Positions 47,095 to 60,951 of a stretch of DNA of 64,000 nucleotides are shown one piece after another. Location of the stretch: the NCBI RefSeq assembly GCF_055900595.2, contig NZ_CM148325.1. One strand, written 5' to 3'. Under the pieces are notes generated by a model. That model was not told the origin of the DNA and ran no database searches. It worked only from the letters and a program-made list of their open reading frames with translations. The position numbers and the translations under genes were made by a program. The stretch's first letter is position 1; each line of letters starts with the position of its first letter.

Positions 47095-47889
47095 ATGACA
47101 TTACCAACAACTATTTATTCATTCCCCGCATATTTACCTCGTTTTTCGTCCACCGACAAACCAGCAAAACTAAAATTTCATCAATACGCACGCGCTACAT
47201 TACTGTCAAATCGTGGAAGAGATCATAATTGCGATGGCAGACGTACTGTTGAGATCCACAAACTAGATCTCTCAGACTGGCAAGCATTCAATAAGCTAGC
47301 GACGAGGTGTAATACTTACGATGGAATAACAATGAATGGTGATAATTCTTTTGGATGGAACCATGAAGCTACATTAGATAATATTCACGCCCAGAAATAC
47401 AATAAAGCTTACGCGGGTGCGCGGTTAACCGCAGAACTGAAATATTTATTGCAAGATGTCGAATCCTTCGAACCCAACAGTAAATACACAATACACGAAG
47501 TGGTTTTGGGACCTGGTTATGGTACTCCAGACTATACCGGCCAAACGATAGGATACGTTGTAACCCTTCCTGCCCAAATGCCTAATTGCTGGTCATCTGA
47601 ACTACCAACAATCGATCTTTATATCGACCAACTTCGCACTGTTACAGGCGTTTCTAATGCCCTCGGATTCATCATTGCTGCATTGCTAAACGCGTATTCT
47701 GATTTACCCCATGATTTGAAAATTGGTCTACGTTCCTTATCAAATTCAGCCGCAATCTACTCGGGTTTAGGTTTCGAGCGAGTGCCGCAGGACCGAGACA
47801 TAAGGAGTGATCGTATGCATCTAACGCCAGCAAACCATCCTGACTTATGGACACAAGAGAATGGTGAATGGATCTACTTGCGAAATTAA
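47095..47889 (+). CDS. yjfZ: Uncharacterized protein YjfZ
   Basis: 264-aa ORF in an AT-rich context; length and position next to rplI match K-12 yjfZ as I recall it. Confidence 0.65.
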   Translation: MTLPTTIYSFPAYLPRFSSTDKPAKLKFHQYARATLLSNRGRDHNCDGRRTVEIHKLDLSDWQAFNKLATRCNTYDGITMNGDNSFGWNHEATLDNIHAQKYNKAYAGARLTAELKYLLQDVESFEPNSKYTIHEVVLGPGYGTPDYTGQTIGYVVTLPAQMPNCWSSELPTIDLYIDQLRTVTGVSNALGFIIAALLNAYSDLPHDLKIGLRSLSNSAAIYSGLGFERVPQDRDIRSDRMHLTPANHPDLWTQENGEWIYLRN

Positions 47890-47910
47890 TGCCTGACGAA
47901 AAATAGAAAG

Positions 47911-47939
47911 CAAAACGCCGACCAATGGTCGGCGTTTTT
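47911..47939. terminator. Bidirectional rho-independent terminator between yjfZ and the rpsF operon
   Basis: ACGCCGACC-AATG-GGTCGGCGT stem flanked by AAAA upstream and TTTTT downstream. Confidence 0.7.
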
Positions 47940-47959
47940 ACGTCTCGTTGAATAACGAA

Positions 47960-48421
<462 letters not shown>

Positions 48422-48450
48422 TCAAAGTCGTATTAATGGACCGTGACCGA

Positions 48451-48997
<547 letters not shown>

Positions 48998-49003
48998 CAG
49001 AAA

Positions 49004-49417
<414 letters not shown>

Positions 49418-49726
49418 TTATTCAGCCTCCTGTCTGGGTCAGCCGAATCCCGGGGAGGCAAGGAACGTGTTAAAGGTCGGCTGAAAAATGACGCGTTATA
49501 GTACTGACATACCCCGCTAAACTCAAGGCCAGCCGACAAATAAATCTCATCTTTCACCAAATCGTACTAACACGCTGATTTGAAGTTCATCACACTTCAT
49601 CATGGTGTTTTTTTGAACAACTGCATCAGAAATGGTCACCATCCACTTCTTTATCATTGATTAAAATTAAATCAGAAGATCACCACAAGAGGAGAGCACA
49701 CAAAGTCAGCCGTCGAGGAGGTATCT

Positions 49727-50002
49727 ATGTTCAGCCGTGTTTTAGCCCTTCTGGCTGTGCTTTTGCTAAGTGCAAATACATGGGCAGCCATTGAAATTAA
49801 TAACCACCAGGCCAGAAATATGGACGATGTGCAAAGCTTAGGCGTGATTTATATCAATCATAATTTCGCCACTGAAAGCGAAGCGCGTCAGGCATTAAAT
49901 GAAGAGACAAATGCGCAGGGCGCAACGTACTACCACGTGATTCTGATGCGGGAACCGGGGAGTAACGGCAATATGCACGCCAGCGCGGATATTTATCGCT
50001 AG
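49727..50002 (+). CDS. yjfY: DUF1471 (YdgH/BhsA/McbA-like) small periplasmic protein
   Basis: 91-aa ORF with a signal peptide; matches K-12 YjfY as I recall it. Confidence 0.8.
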   Translation: MFSRVLALLAVLLLSANTWAAIEINNHQARNMDDVQSLGVIYINHNFATESEARQALNEETNAQGATYYHVILMREPGSNGNMHASADIYR

Positions 50003-50040
50003 CACCAGGTATAACCAACGAAACATTGCCATAGTTTGCT

Positions 50041-50068
50041 TTGCCCCCTTCTCAGGGGGCTTTTTTAT
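50041..50068. terminator. Bidirectional hairpin terminator between yjfY and the YagU-like gene
   Basis: GCCCCCTTCTCAGGGGGC stem followed by TTTTTT. Confidence 0.5.
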
Positions 50069-50075
50069 GCGCCAT

Positions 50076-50627
50076 TCAACGAATAACGACTTCCGGATCC
50101 GGCTCATGAGTAATGCGATTACGTAAGTCGCGGCGCATAATTTCTATTATCCAGAACCAGAAAATGTGCCCAAGGATTTCAGATGCATATTCGTCAAAAG
50201 GCAATTGAGTGAGCGGCGGCGTTAAATTCAGCGCCGGGCAAAATATACCGTGGACTGCCACTGTCACAATAAGCCCTGCTAATATCCCCTGCCATAATTT
50301 CACTTTCGGGAAAATTTCCGCGACCACACAATACCCTATCGCAAAAACCAGTGAGAAGATGATATGCGTCACCATCACCGGGTTGATAATATGTTCCGAG
50401 AATGTATACACAGTTTGGGTTGGGTCGATCCCTAAATAATCCCGTAGAAAGATATACGGCGGATTAAACTCATCGCGACCACCGGAAAATGTGCGCGGTG
50501 GCAAGGGAACTTCCGCTCCCCATTTAACAAATGCTGAAATAATTCCTGAAAGTACACCCACAAGTAACGCAACGCCATAACGGCGACGCTGCGGATCCGT
50601 TCTGACAAACAATCCGTTGATAGCCAT
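50076..50627 (-). CDS. YagU/DUF1440-family inner membrane protein
   Basis: 183-aa ORF with RRRYG...[15 protein letters not shown]...[12 protein letters not shown]...RRDLRNRIT, resembling YagU as I recall it; I do not recall a gene here in K-12. Confidence 0.65.
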   Translation of the reverse strand: MAINGLFVRTDPQRRRYGVALLVGVLSGIISAFVKWGAEVPLPPRTFSGGRDEFNPPYIFLRDYLGIDPTQTVYTFSEHIINPVMVTHIIFSLVFAIGYCVVAEIFPKVKLWQGILAGLIVTVAVHGIFCPALNLTPPLTQLPFDEYASEILGHIFWFWIIEIMRRDLRNRITHEPDPEVVIR

Positions 50628-50723
50628 AAAAACACCTGTTGTTTATACGATTTTTTAACTGAAACGGCCCCGGAATCAGACCAATTACATCCCGCAGGAG
50701 GTAATAATTCCGGGGCGCACTGC

Positions 50724-51410
50724 TTACTTCTGCCCGTAATAGGCGTTAGGACCGTGCTTACGCATGAAGTGTTTATTCATGAGATAGCTGTCGATGTGAT
50801 TCAGTTGTGGGTTAATGCCGCGGGCAATCCACGCCATTTTCGCCACTTCTTCCATCACCACCGCGTTATGCACCGCATCGTGAGCATCTTTCCCCCAGGC
50901 GAATGGCCCGTGCTGATACACCACAATTCCCGGCGTATGCAGCGGCTCGGCGTCACCCAGCGTTTCGATAATCACTTTGCCAGTGTTTAGCTCGTATTCC
51001 CCCTGCACTTCTTCTTCGCTTAACCCGCGCGTACAGGGGATATCGCCAAAGAAGTAGTCAGCATGCGTGGTGCCTAATGCCGGGATCGCCAGCCCCGCTT
51101 GCGCCCATGCGGTGGCATGCGTGGAATGGGTATGGACAATGCCGCCAAGCGACGGATAACGACGGTAGAGTTCAAGATGCGTCGCAGTGTCGGAAGACGG
51201 ACGATACTCCCCTTCCACCACCTTGCCGCTCATATCAACCACCACCATATCGTTCGCTTTCATGCTTTCGTAGGCGACGCCGCTGGGCTTGATCACCACC
51301 AGCCCGCGTTCGCGGTCAATGGCGCTGACGTTGCCCCAGGTAAAGGTCACCAGCCCGTAATGCGGCAGATCCATATTGGCTTCAAACACCTGCTGTTTTA
51401 GCTTTTGCAT
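50724..51410 (-). CDS. ulaF: L-ribulose-5-phosphate 4-epimerase
   Basis: 228-aa class II aldolase/epimerase ORF; last gene of ulaABCDEF. Confidence 0.9.
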   Translation of the reverse strand: MQKLKQQVFEANMDLPHYGLVTFTWGNVSAIDRERGLVVIKPSGVAYESMKANDMVVVDMSGKVVEGEYRPSSDTATHLELYRRYPSLGGIVHTHSTHATAWAQAGLAIPALGTTHADYFFGDIPCTRGLSEEEVQGEYELNTGKVIIETLGDAEPLHTPGIVVYQHGPFAWGKDAHDAVHNAVVMEEVAKMAWIARGINPQLNHIDSYLMNKHFMRKHGPNAYYGQK

Positions 51411-52264
51411 TATGCCGCCTCCACCATGCCGGCTTTAGCCATGCGCGCTTTCACCCAATCACGCGCTTTCGCCACTTCTGCCGCCGGGTCTTCCGCCGTT
51501 TCGCTCCACATCTCAATCAGGTACGGCCCGCAATAGCCACTCTGTTTGAGCGTTTCAAAGCAACGTTCGAAATCCACTACGCCTTCGCCAAACGGCACGT
51601 TTTTGAAGACGCCTGGTTTGGTGTCTTTCACATGCACCGCGACGATATGCCCGATCCCGGCCTGCAACTCCATCTGCACGTCGTTATCCCACGCCGATAA
51701 GTTGCCGATATCCGGGTAGAGCTGGAACCACGGGTTGTTGAGATAGTGCGCGTAACCCAGCGCCTTGCTGATGGAGTTCATCAACGGGTAATCCATGATC
51801 TCCATTGCCAGCGTCACCTGCGCGCGGCTCGCCATCTCAACGCTCTCTTTCAGGCCGTCACGGAAACGACGACGCGTTTCGTTATTGGCTTCCTGATAGT
51901 AAACGTCGTAGCCCGCCAGTTGGATCACGCGAATACCGACATCCTGGGCGAACTGGATAGCTTTGCGCATAATCTCCAGCCCCTGCGCCCGCACTGCGTC
52001 ATCTTCGCTGCCCAGCGGGAAACGACGATGAGCAGAAAGGCACATGGATGGTACGCGCACGCCGGTTTCAACAATCGCGTTCACCAGCGCCAGACGCTGC
52101 TCGCGGCTCCAGTCAAGGCGCGAGAGGCGATCGTCCGTTTCATCTACCGACATCTCGACAAAATCGAAGCCTAACGTTTTTGCCAGTTGCAGCCGTTCCA
52201 GCCAGCACTCCCCGGCGGGGAGCGCTTTTTCGTAGATGCCAAGCGGGATTTGTTTGGACAACAT
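51410..52264 (-). CDS. ulaE: L-ribulose-5-phosphate 3-epimerase
   Basis: 284-aa TIM-barrel ORF; 1-bp overlap with ulaF. Confidence 0.9.
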   Translation of the reverse strand: MLSKQIPLGIYEKALPAGECWLERLQLAKTLGFDFVEMSVDETDDRLSRLDWSREQRLALVNAIVETGVRVPSMCLSAHRRFPLGSEDDAVRAQGLEIMRKAIQFAQDVGIRVIQLAGYDVYYQEANNETRRRFRDGLKESVEMASRAQVTLAMEIMDYPLMNSISKALGYAHYLNNPWFQLYPDIGNLSAWDNDVQMELQAGIGHIVAVHVKDTKPGVFKNVPFGEGVVDFERCFETLKQSGYCGPYLIEMWSETAEDPAAEVAKARDWVKARMAKAGMVEAA

Positions 52265-52273
52265 ATCCGCTCC

Positions 52274-52924
52274 TTAGCCCCACAGTTCGGCGATGGAACG
52301 TTTGAACTGACGCGCGGCTTCAACCGGAGAGGCGGCATCACGGATACTACGCCCAGCGATAAACACATGAATCGGAATGCCTTTGAACAGCGGCAGGTCT
52401 TCCAGCGCCAGGCCACCGGTGACGGTGACTTTGAAGCCCATATCGGAAAGACGTTTGATCGCGGTGATATCCGCTTCGCCCCACGCCACGCCTGCGGCCT
52501 GCGCGTCACGGCTGCGGTGATAAACAACCTGTTGAATGCCTGCGTCGCGCCACTGCTGCGCCTGTTCCCAGGTCCAGTAACCGGTCAGTTCGATCTGCAC
52601 GTCGCCATTAAACTCTTTTGCCACGTCCAGCGCGCCTTTGGCTGTGTTGATATCTGCACAGCAAATTACGGTCACCCAGTCAGCGTTGGCTTCAAAGCAC
52701 ATACGAGAAAGGATTTTTCCGGCATCGGCGATTTTGGCGTCTGCCAGCACGATTTTGTGCGAATAAAGCGCTTTCAGATCGCGAACCGCACGCACGCCTT
52801 CGCCCACGCACAGAATGGTGCCCACTTCGATAATGTCGACTTCTTCGGCAATCAGGCGAGTAGTTTCGTAGGCGCTAGCCATAGTCTGGTTGTCCAGCGC
52901 GACTTGCAACATCGGTAATGACAT
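52274..52924 (-). CDS. ulaD: 3-keto-L-gulonate-6-phosphate decarboxylase
   Basis: ORF-track start 53077 trimmed to [19 protein letters not shown], giving 216 aa. Confidence 0.9.
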   Translation of the reverse strand: MSLPMLQVALDNQTMASAYETTRLIAEEVDIIEVGTILCVGEGVRAVRDLKALYSHKIVLADAKIADAGKILSRMCFEANADWVTVICCADINTAKGALDVAKEFNGDVQIELTGYWTWEQAQQWRDAGIQQVVYHRSRDAQAAGVAWGEADITAIKRLSDMGFKVTVTGGLALEDLPLFKGIPIHVFIAGRSIRDAASPVEAARQFKRSIAELWG

Positions 52925-52937
52925 TTTCAATTCCTTC

Positions 52938-53402
52938 TTAAGCAGCCGCGTTGGTGCGGTCAATGAGATCCAGGACTTCCTGCTCGGTACGGCAGGCGCG
53001 TAAACGGTCGAAATTCTCTTCATCTTCAAACAGGTTGACGATCTGCATGATGCCCACTTCCTGATGCGTGTTGGCATCGACTGCCGCCATCGTGATGAGG
53101 ATATCCACCGGGTCGTTATCTTCGTGGTTGAACTCCAGCGGCTTTTTCAGCGTCACCAGTGCAAAACCGGTTTTCTTGACGCCCTCTTCCGGGCGACCAT
53201 GCGGCATTGCCAGGCCCGGTGCGAGCACAAAGTACGGGCCGTGTTGTTCAACCGCATCCAGAATCGCCTGGTAGTAACGCGGCTCGACAACATCCGCCGC
53301 CACCAGCAGGTCAACGCCGATTTTCACTGCGTCCTGCCATGTCTCAGCTTCAGCCTGCAGACGGATAGATTTATTCTCCGCCAGCGAATCACGTAATTTC
53401 AT
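52938..53402 (-). CDS. ulaC: Ascorbate-specific PTS EIIA component
   Basis: 154-aa [29 protein letters not shown]. Confidence 0.9.
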   Translation of the reverse strand: MKLRDSLAENKSIRLQAEAETWQDAVKIGVDLLVAADVVEPRYYQAILDAVEQHGPYFVLAPGLAMPHGRPEEGVKKTGFALVTLKKPLEFNHEDNDPVDILITMAAVDANTHQEVGIMQIVNLFEDEENFDRLRACRTEQEVLDLIDRTNAAA

Positions 53403-53411
53403 AGCGCGCCC

Positions 53412-53717
53412 TTACTTCACGTCCTGCGGGAAATGTTCTTTGATCACTTCCAGCAGTTTCGGGCCAAAGTCAGCAGGAGAGAGCATGTTGCGCACGCCAA
53501 CGACATATTTGTTGCCGGTCACGGTGATCTCGCCCGCGATGTGCGTAGAAGCGATGATGATATCCGCGCCGCTCAACTCGCTTTTGTATTCACCAACCGC
53601 GCAGCTGTTTACCGTGTGGTCGATGTTCGACTGGGTTAAAAACTGGTCCACTTTCATCTTCATGATCATGGAACTGCCTTGTCCGTTACCACACACAGCC
53701 AGAATACGTACGGTCAT
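53412..53717 (-). CDS. ulaB: Ascorbate-specific PTS EIIB component
   Basis: Start trimmed to [16 protein letters not shown], giving 101 aa. Confidence 0.9.
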
Positions 53718-53732
53718 AATCAAAACTCCTTA

Positions 53733-55484
<1,752 letters not shown>

Positions 55485-56549
55485 ATGAGTAAAGTGAAAA
55501 GTATCACCCGTGAATCCTGGATCCTGAGCACTTTCCCGGAGTGGGGTAGCTGGTTGAATGAAGAAATTGAACAAGAACAGGTAGCTCCTGGCACATTCGC
55601 GATGTGGTGGCTAGGCTGCACCGGGATCTGGCTGAAATCTGAAGGAGGCACCAACGTTTGCGTCGATTTCTGGTGTGGTACTGGCAAACAAAGTCACGGT
55701 AACCCACTAATGAAACAGGGTCACCAGATGCAGCGCATGGCTGGCGTGAAAAAACTGCAACCGAACCTGCGTACCACCCCATTTGTTCTTGATCCGTTTG
55801 CGATTCGCCAGATCGACGCGGTACTGGCAACTCACGATCACAACGATCATATCGACGTCAACGTCGCTGCTGCCGTGATGCAGAACTGCGCTGATGACGT
55901 GCCATTTATCGGGCCGAAAACCTGCGTGGATTTGTGGATTGGCTGGGGTGTGCCGAAAGAACGTTGCATCGTGGTCAAACCGGGCGATGTCGTTAAAGTG
56001 AAAGACATTGAAATTCATGCCCTTGACGCGTTTGACCGTACTGCACTGATCACTTTGCCTGCCGATCAAAAAGCGGCTGGCGTACTGCCAGACGGCATGG
56101 ACGATCGCGCGGTAAACTACCTGTTCAAAACGCCGGGCGGTACCCTGTATCACAGTGGCGATTCCCACTACTCTAACTACTATGCGAAGCACGGTAACGA
56201 GCATCAGATCGACGTGGCATTAGGTTCATACGGTGAAAACCCTCGTGGTATCACCGACAAAATGACCAGTGCTGATATCTTGCGTATGGCAGAAGCGCTG
56301 AATACAAAAGTGGTTATCCCGTTCCACCATGATATCTGGTCAAACTTCCAGGCCGATCCGCAAGAGATCCGCGTACTGTGGGAGATGAAAAAAGATCGCC
56401 TGAAGTATGGCTTCAAGCCGTTTATCTGGCAGGTCGGTGGCAAATTTACCTGGCCGCTGGATAAAGACAACTTCGAGTACCACTATCCACGTGGTTTTGA
56501 CGATTGCTTCACCATTGAACCGGATCTGCCGTTCAAGTCGTTCCTGTAA
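55485..56549 (+). CDS. ulaG: L-ascorbate-6-phosphate lactonase (metallo-beta-lactamase fold)
   Basis: Start trimmed to [21 protein letters not shown], giving 354 aa; HDHNDH metal motif. Confidence 0.9.
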   Translation: MSKVKSITRESWILSTFPEWGSWLNEEIEQEQVAPGTFAMWWLGCTGIWLKSEGGTNVCVDFWCGTGKQSHGNPLMKQGHQMQRMAGVKKLQPNLRTTPFVLDPFAIRQIDAVLATHDHNDHIDVNVAAAVMQNCADDVPFIGPKTCVDLWIGWGVPKERCIVVKPGDVVKVKDIEIHALDAFDRTALITLPADQKAAGVLPDGMDDRAVNYLFKTPGGTLYHSGDSHYSNYYAKHGNEHQIDVALGSYGENPRGITDKMTSADILRMAEALNTKVVIPFHHDIWSNFQADPQEIRVLWEMKKDRLKYGFKPFIWQVGGKFTWPLDKDNFEYHYPRGFDDCFTIEPDLPFKSFL

Positions 56550-56656
56550 TCTGTCGTTTATACCGGATGGCGTGGAGAAGTTCGCGCTATCCGGCGTAGT
56601 ATTTCCTGGCTATTTCAAATATCATCTAAAAAAATCAAATTTTATCGGAATAGCTC

Positions 56657-57412
56657 ATGACTGAAGCACAAAGACATCAAATTCTCCTGGAAATGCTCGC
56701 ACAATTGGGCTTTGTGACCGTTGAGAAAGTCGTTGAGCGTCTGGGAATTTCGCCTGCTACCGCTCGACGCGATATCAATAAACTTGACGAAAGCGGCAAA
56801 CTGAAAAAAGTGCGCAATGGCGCAGAAGCCATCACCCAGCAGCGCCCACGCTGGACGCCGATGAATCTGCATCAGGCGCAGAACCATGATGAAAAAGTAC
56901 GTATCGCTAAAGCAGCCTCGCAGCTGGTGAATCCCGGCGAAAGCGTCGTCATCAACTGCGGTTCCACCGCGTTTCTGCTTGGGCGGGAAATGTGTGGCAA
57001 GCCAGTGCAAATCATTACTAATTATCTACCGCTGGCGAATTACCTGATCGATCAGGAGCATGACAGCGTGATTATCATGGGCGGCCAATACAACAAAAGC
57101 CAGTCCATCACCTTAAGTCCACAGGGCAGCGAAAACAGTCTCTATGCCGGGCACTGGATGTTTACCAGTGGCAAAGGACTGACCGCAGAAGGGTTGTATA
57201 AAACCGATATGCTGACGGCAATGGCAGAGCAGAAGATGTTGAGCGTGGTAGGGAAACTGGTGGTACTGGTTGATAGCAGTAAGATCGGCGAACGTGCGGG
57301 GATGCTCTTTAGTCGTGCAGATCAAATCGATATGCTGATCACCGGCAAAAATGCTAACCCGGAAATCCTGCAACAACTGGAAGCGCAAGGGGTCAGCATT
57401 CTGCGTGTTTAA
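56657..57412 (+). CDS. ulaR: DeoR-family repressor of the ula regulon
   Basis: 251-aa ORF with an N-terminal DeoR HTH and C-terminal sugar-phosphate-binding domain. Confidence 0.9.
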
Positions 57413-58158
57413 AGATGCTGCTGGAAAAATGTCACGGCAGCATCTAATGCCTCAGGCGTAATGCGGTGACGCACGCCTGGCTGCCATGAACAGGTTAGCA
57501 GTTTATCCCGTCCCGTCTCGCTTAAGGCCTGCTGCAAACGTAGTGATTCGTCGGCAGGCACGACGTCATCGTCAAGGCCATGCCACAGCAGTAGAGGTCT
57601 GTCACCAAGTTGTTCCAGGTGGTTTGTCGCTTCCCACTCTGCCAGCGGCGCGACAATGTTATTGAATTCATTCTGCTGTGCTGCCGTTTCAGGTATCAGC
57701 GGTGGAAACAGTGAACGGGCGAGCGATGTAAAATAGCCCGATCCCATCATGCTGGCGGTACATTTCACCGTGGGGTGGCGAGCGGTAATTCCCAGTGCCG
57801 TCATCGCGCCCATCGACGCGCCACCGACTGCCAGACGGTCAGCAAGCAGCCAGTTTTCTTCGGCTATTGCCGCACGTAAGGTAGTGAATTCCTGCATACT
57901 TTGTAGCAAAATTTGCCAAAATTGATTTAACCGCCGCGCTGCGTCGCCCCTAAAACGGCTACCGTGATCGGGCGCATCCGGCATGATCACCCGCAAACCA
58001 GCCTGCGCCAGCGCAACGGCAAAATAGCTATACACCAGACTGGACGAAGTAAAGCCGTGATAAAAAATCACGCACGGTAACGGGGTATCTTTTTGCCCGA
58101 CAGGATAAGCATGAAGAACGGGAATATCTGCCAGCACGCGCGAGTCTATTTCAATCAT
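57409..58158 (-). CDS. yjfP: Alpha/beta-hydrolase esterase
   Basis: 249-aa ORF with the GASMG nucleophile elbow. Confidence 0.85.
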
Positions 58159-58339
58159 CTGTCTCTCCTTTTTGTCTGGTATGACATGAAGAAATCCTTA
58201 GCACAAGTTTCTGCTGGCGGTATTAGTTCATAATGTTGAGATGTGGGTTACGCTTTCATCACGTTTTCATTCGAAAATCGCGTACCAGGTAACAATTCGG
58301 GAACATTCCCCCAAAGTTAAATTAATAAGGCACTACACT

Positions 58340-58669
58340 ATGGTTAGCAGGAAACGTAATAGCGTTATTTACCGGTTTGCCAGTTTATTATTGGTGTTGA
58401 TGTTAAGTGCCTGTAGCGCACTGCAAGGTACGCCACAGCCAGCACCGCCAGTAACGGACCATCCGCAAGAGATTCGCCGCGACCAGACGCAAGGGTTACA
58501 GCGAATAGGTAGCGTAAGCACGATGGTTCGGGGTTCTCCGGATGACGCATTAGCAGAAATCAGAGCGAAAGCTGTCGCTGCAAAAGCTGATTATTACGTT
58601 GTCGTCATGGTGGACGAAACCATTGTGACAGGACAGTGGTATTCACAAGCTATTTTATACCGTAAATAA
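58340..58669 (+). CDS. bsmA: Biofilm/stress-associated lipoprotein (DUF1471)
   Basis: ORF-track start 58241 trimmed to the ATG at 58340 (MVSRKRNSVIYRF...LSAC lipobox), giving 109 aa. Confidence 0.75.
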   Translation: MVSRKRNSVIYRFASLLLVLMLSACSALQGTPQPAPPVTDHPQEIRRDQTQGLQRIGSVSTMVRGSPDDALAEIRAKAVAAKADYYVVVMVDETIVTGQWYSQAILYRK

Positions 58670-58817
58670 ATCAGACAACTTATACAGCCAGCTTTACATT
58701 GCTTTGCGTCCCTATGCGTTTACCTGTGCACAATAAATTACCAGCTGGAAGCTCGGGCGTTTATTACCGCGATGGAATGCCCTGCAACATGTGGGGAAAC
58801 GAAAAATGGAGCTGACG

Positions 58818-59093
58818 ATGAAACAATTACTTGCCTCACCCTCGCTGCAATTAGTGACTTATCCTGCGAGCACCACGGCACAGTCTGCAGAATTCGCCAG
58901 TGCTGACTGCGTGACGGGCCTGAATGAAATAGGTCAGATCTCGGTTAGCAATATTTCAGGGGATCCGCAGGACGTGGAACGTATCGTGGCGTTAAAGGCC
59001 GATGAACAAGGTGCATCATGGTACCGCATTATTACCATGTACGAAGACCAGCAGCCTGATAACTGGCGCGTACAGGCGATCCTGTATGCGTGA
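58818..59093 (+). CDS. yjfN: DUF1471 family small secreted protein
   Basis: Start trimmed to MKQLLASPSLQL, giving 91 aa; paralogous in type to yjfY and bsmA. Confidence 0.75.
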   Translation: MKQLLASPSLQLVTYPASTTAQSAEFASADCVTGLNEIGQISVSNISGDPQDVERIVALKADEQGASWYRIITMYEDQQPDNWRVQAILYA

Positions 59094-59114
59094 GTGTCAT
59101 CTACAGCAAATGAA

Positions 59115-59155
59115 CAATGCCGGATGCGGCACCTGTGCCTTATCCGGCCAACAGT
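59115..59155. repeat. Single REP-like element downstream of yjfN
   Basis: GCCGGATGCGGCACCTGTGCCTTATCCGGCC. Confidence 0.5.
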
Positions 59156-59242
59156 TCCTGAAATTTCATTGTGTTAGTTGATAACACGTAATGCTGCTGT
59201 TGCCATTATAAGACGCGCTAGAATCACATCTGGCTGACTCGT

Positions 59243-60868
59243 TTATAAACATACTCCCCCCGTCGCCCGCAGCAATAAATCATTCTGGATCTGCTCTGAC
59301 AACCGCACGCCGCCGCGCGTATCAAACATCATCTGACACCACGCCTGCGCCATTGGCGGAGAGGCATATTTCAACATTTGCGCGCCGCAACCCAGCAGGA
59401 ATAGCTGACGAGTAATCTCTCGCCCCATTTCTTCAGCTGGCTTACGCAGTTGCTGCTGCAAACGACGAACCGCGCGATCAAAATAGCGATCCTGCCCTTT
59501 CACTTCCATAAACGCTTCCGACAGTAAGTCGTATACACCCGCCTGCTTATTAAGAACGCGCAATACATCCAGGCACATAATATTGCCAGAACCTTCCCAG
59601 ATGCTGTTCACCGGCATTTCCCTGTAAAGCCGCGGCAGCTCGCTCTCCTCGCAATAACCAATACCGCCCAGCACCTCCATCGCTTCGGCCACAAACGGCA
59701 TACCACGTTTGCAGATAACAAATTTCGCCGCAGGCGTAAATAAACGCGCCCACAAGGCTTCTTTGGCATCGGCACGCCGATCCCACGCTCGCGCAAGACG
59801 AAACAGCAACGCCGTTTGCCCTTCAAGCTGGAGAGCCATGCGGCTTAAGACATGACGCATCAGAGGCTGTTGGATCAATGGATTACCAAAAACATGGCGT
59901 TGATGTGCATGATAAATCGCCAGTGAGAATGCACGGCGCATCATGGCATGGCTGCCCAGAGCACAATCAAAACGTGTCATCCCGCCCATTTTCAGGATCA
60001 GGTGAATTCCTTCCCCTTCCTGCCCCAATAACCAGCCTATGGCATCCTGAAACTCCACCTCGCCGCTGGCGTTGGAGCGATTGCCCAGCTTATCTTTCAG
60101 CCGCTCCAGGCGAATCGCGTTGCGTTGCCCGTCAGGCAAAAAGCGCGGCACAAAAAAGCAGGACAAACCGCCAGTGGTCTGCGCCAGTACCAGATGCGCA
60201 TCGCTTTGCGGCACCGAGAAAAACCATTTATGCCCCACCAGCCGATAAGAGCCATCGTCCAGACGCTCTGCGCGGGTAGTGTTGCTCATCACATCGGAAC
60301 CGCCCTGCTTTTCCGTCATGCCCATGCCAATCAACAAACCGCGTTTTTGCCCACCTGGCAATAAGTGGGAATCGTAGCGATCGCTCAACAGCGGCGTGGT
60401 CCAGTCCTGAAACGGTGCGGGTAACATCTGTAATAACAATGGCGTGGCGGCAAAGGTCATCGTTATCGGGCATAACGACCCAGCCTCAACCTGTGCGTGC
60501 AACATAAAACGCGCCGCTCGCGCCACAAATGCGCCGGAGCGAGCGTCTTCTTCCCAGGCCAGATTGTGTACCCGATTGGTACATAACGCCTGCATCAGCA
60601 GGTGCCAGGCGGGGTGAAAACGCACATCGTCCAGACGGCGTCCTTGCGCATCGTAGCGCAATAATTCGGGCGGATTCACATTCGCCAGTCGCCCCAGTTC
60701 AAGGGATTCAGCCGTTCCTAACTGCTGACCAATACTGGCGAGAAAATCGCTATCCCAGCCAGCACCTTCACGCGTTACCGCTTCGCAGAGCGCGCCATCA
60801 GACAGGTATAAGTTGCTGTTATTTAATGGTATAGGTTGATTAAAAACGGTGTGAGTTTGCCAGTGCAC
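59243..60868 (-). CDS. aidB: Adaptive-response protein AidB (acyl-CoA dehydrogenase family)
   Basis: Start placed at the GTG at 60868 (VHWQTHTVFNQPIPL) to give the recalled 541 aa; the ORF track allows 60886. Confidence 0.85.
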   Translation of the reverse strand: MHWQTHTVFNQPIPLNNSNLYLSDGALCEAVTREGAGWDSDFLASIGQQLGTAESLELGRLANVNPPELLRYDAQGRRLDDVRFHPAWHLLMQALCTNRVHNLAWEEDARSGAFVARAARFMLHAQVEAGSLCPITMTFAATPLLLQMLPAPFQDWTTPLLSDRYDSHLLPGGQKRGLLIGMGMTEKQGGSDVMSNTTRAERLDDGSYRLVGHKWFFSVPQSDAHLVLAQTTGGLSCFFVPRFLPDGQRNAIRLERLKDKLGNRSNASGEVEFQDAIGWLLGQEGEGIHLILKMGGMTRFDCALGSHAMMRRAFSLAIYHAHQRHVFGNPLIQQPLMRHVLSRMALQLEGQTALLFRLARAWDRRADAKEALWARLFTPAAKFVICKRGMPFVAEAMEVLGGIGYCEESELPRLYREMPVNSIWEGSGNIMCLDVLRVLNKQAGVYDLLSEAFMEVKGQDRYFDRAVRRLQQQLRKPAEEMGREITRQLFLLGCGAQMLKYASPPMAQAWCQMMFDTRGGVRLSEQIQNDLLLRATGGVCL

Positions 60869-60951
60869 TGTGTCTCCCTCCATCAATGGCAGTTACCATT
60901 AGTATGGTCACTGCCACGGATTCCTGACAGAAAGAGATTGCTAAAACATTC

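Noticed and set aside
50657-50704. Inverted repeat CCCCGGAAT ... ATTCCGGGG with a 30-nt loop downstream of ulaF
   Set aside because: Loop too long and no U-tract for a confident intrinsic terminator, and not a typical REP; mentioned only as context for the YagU-like gene.
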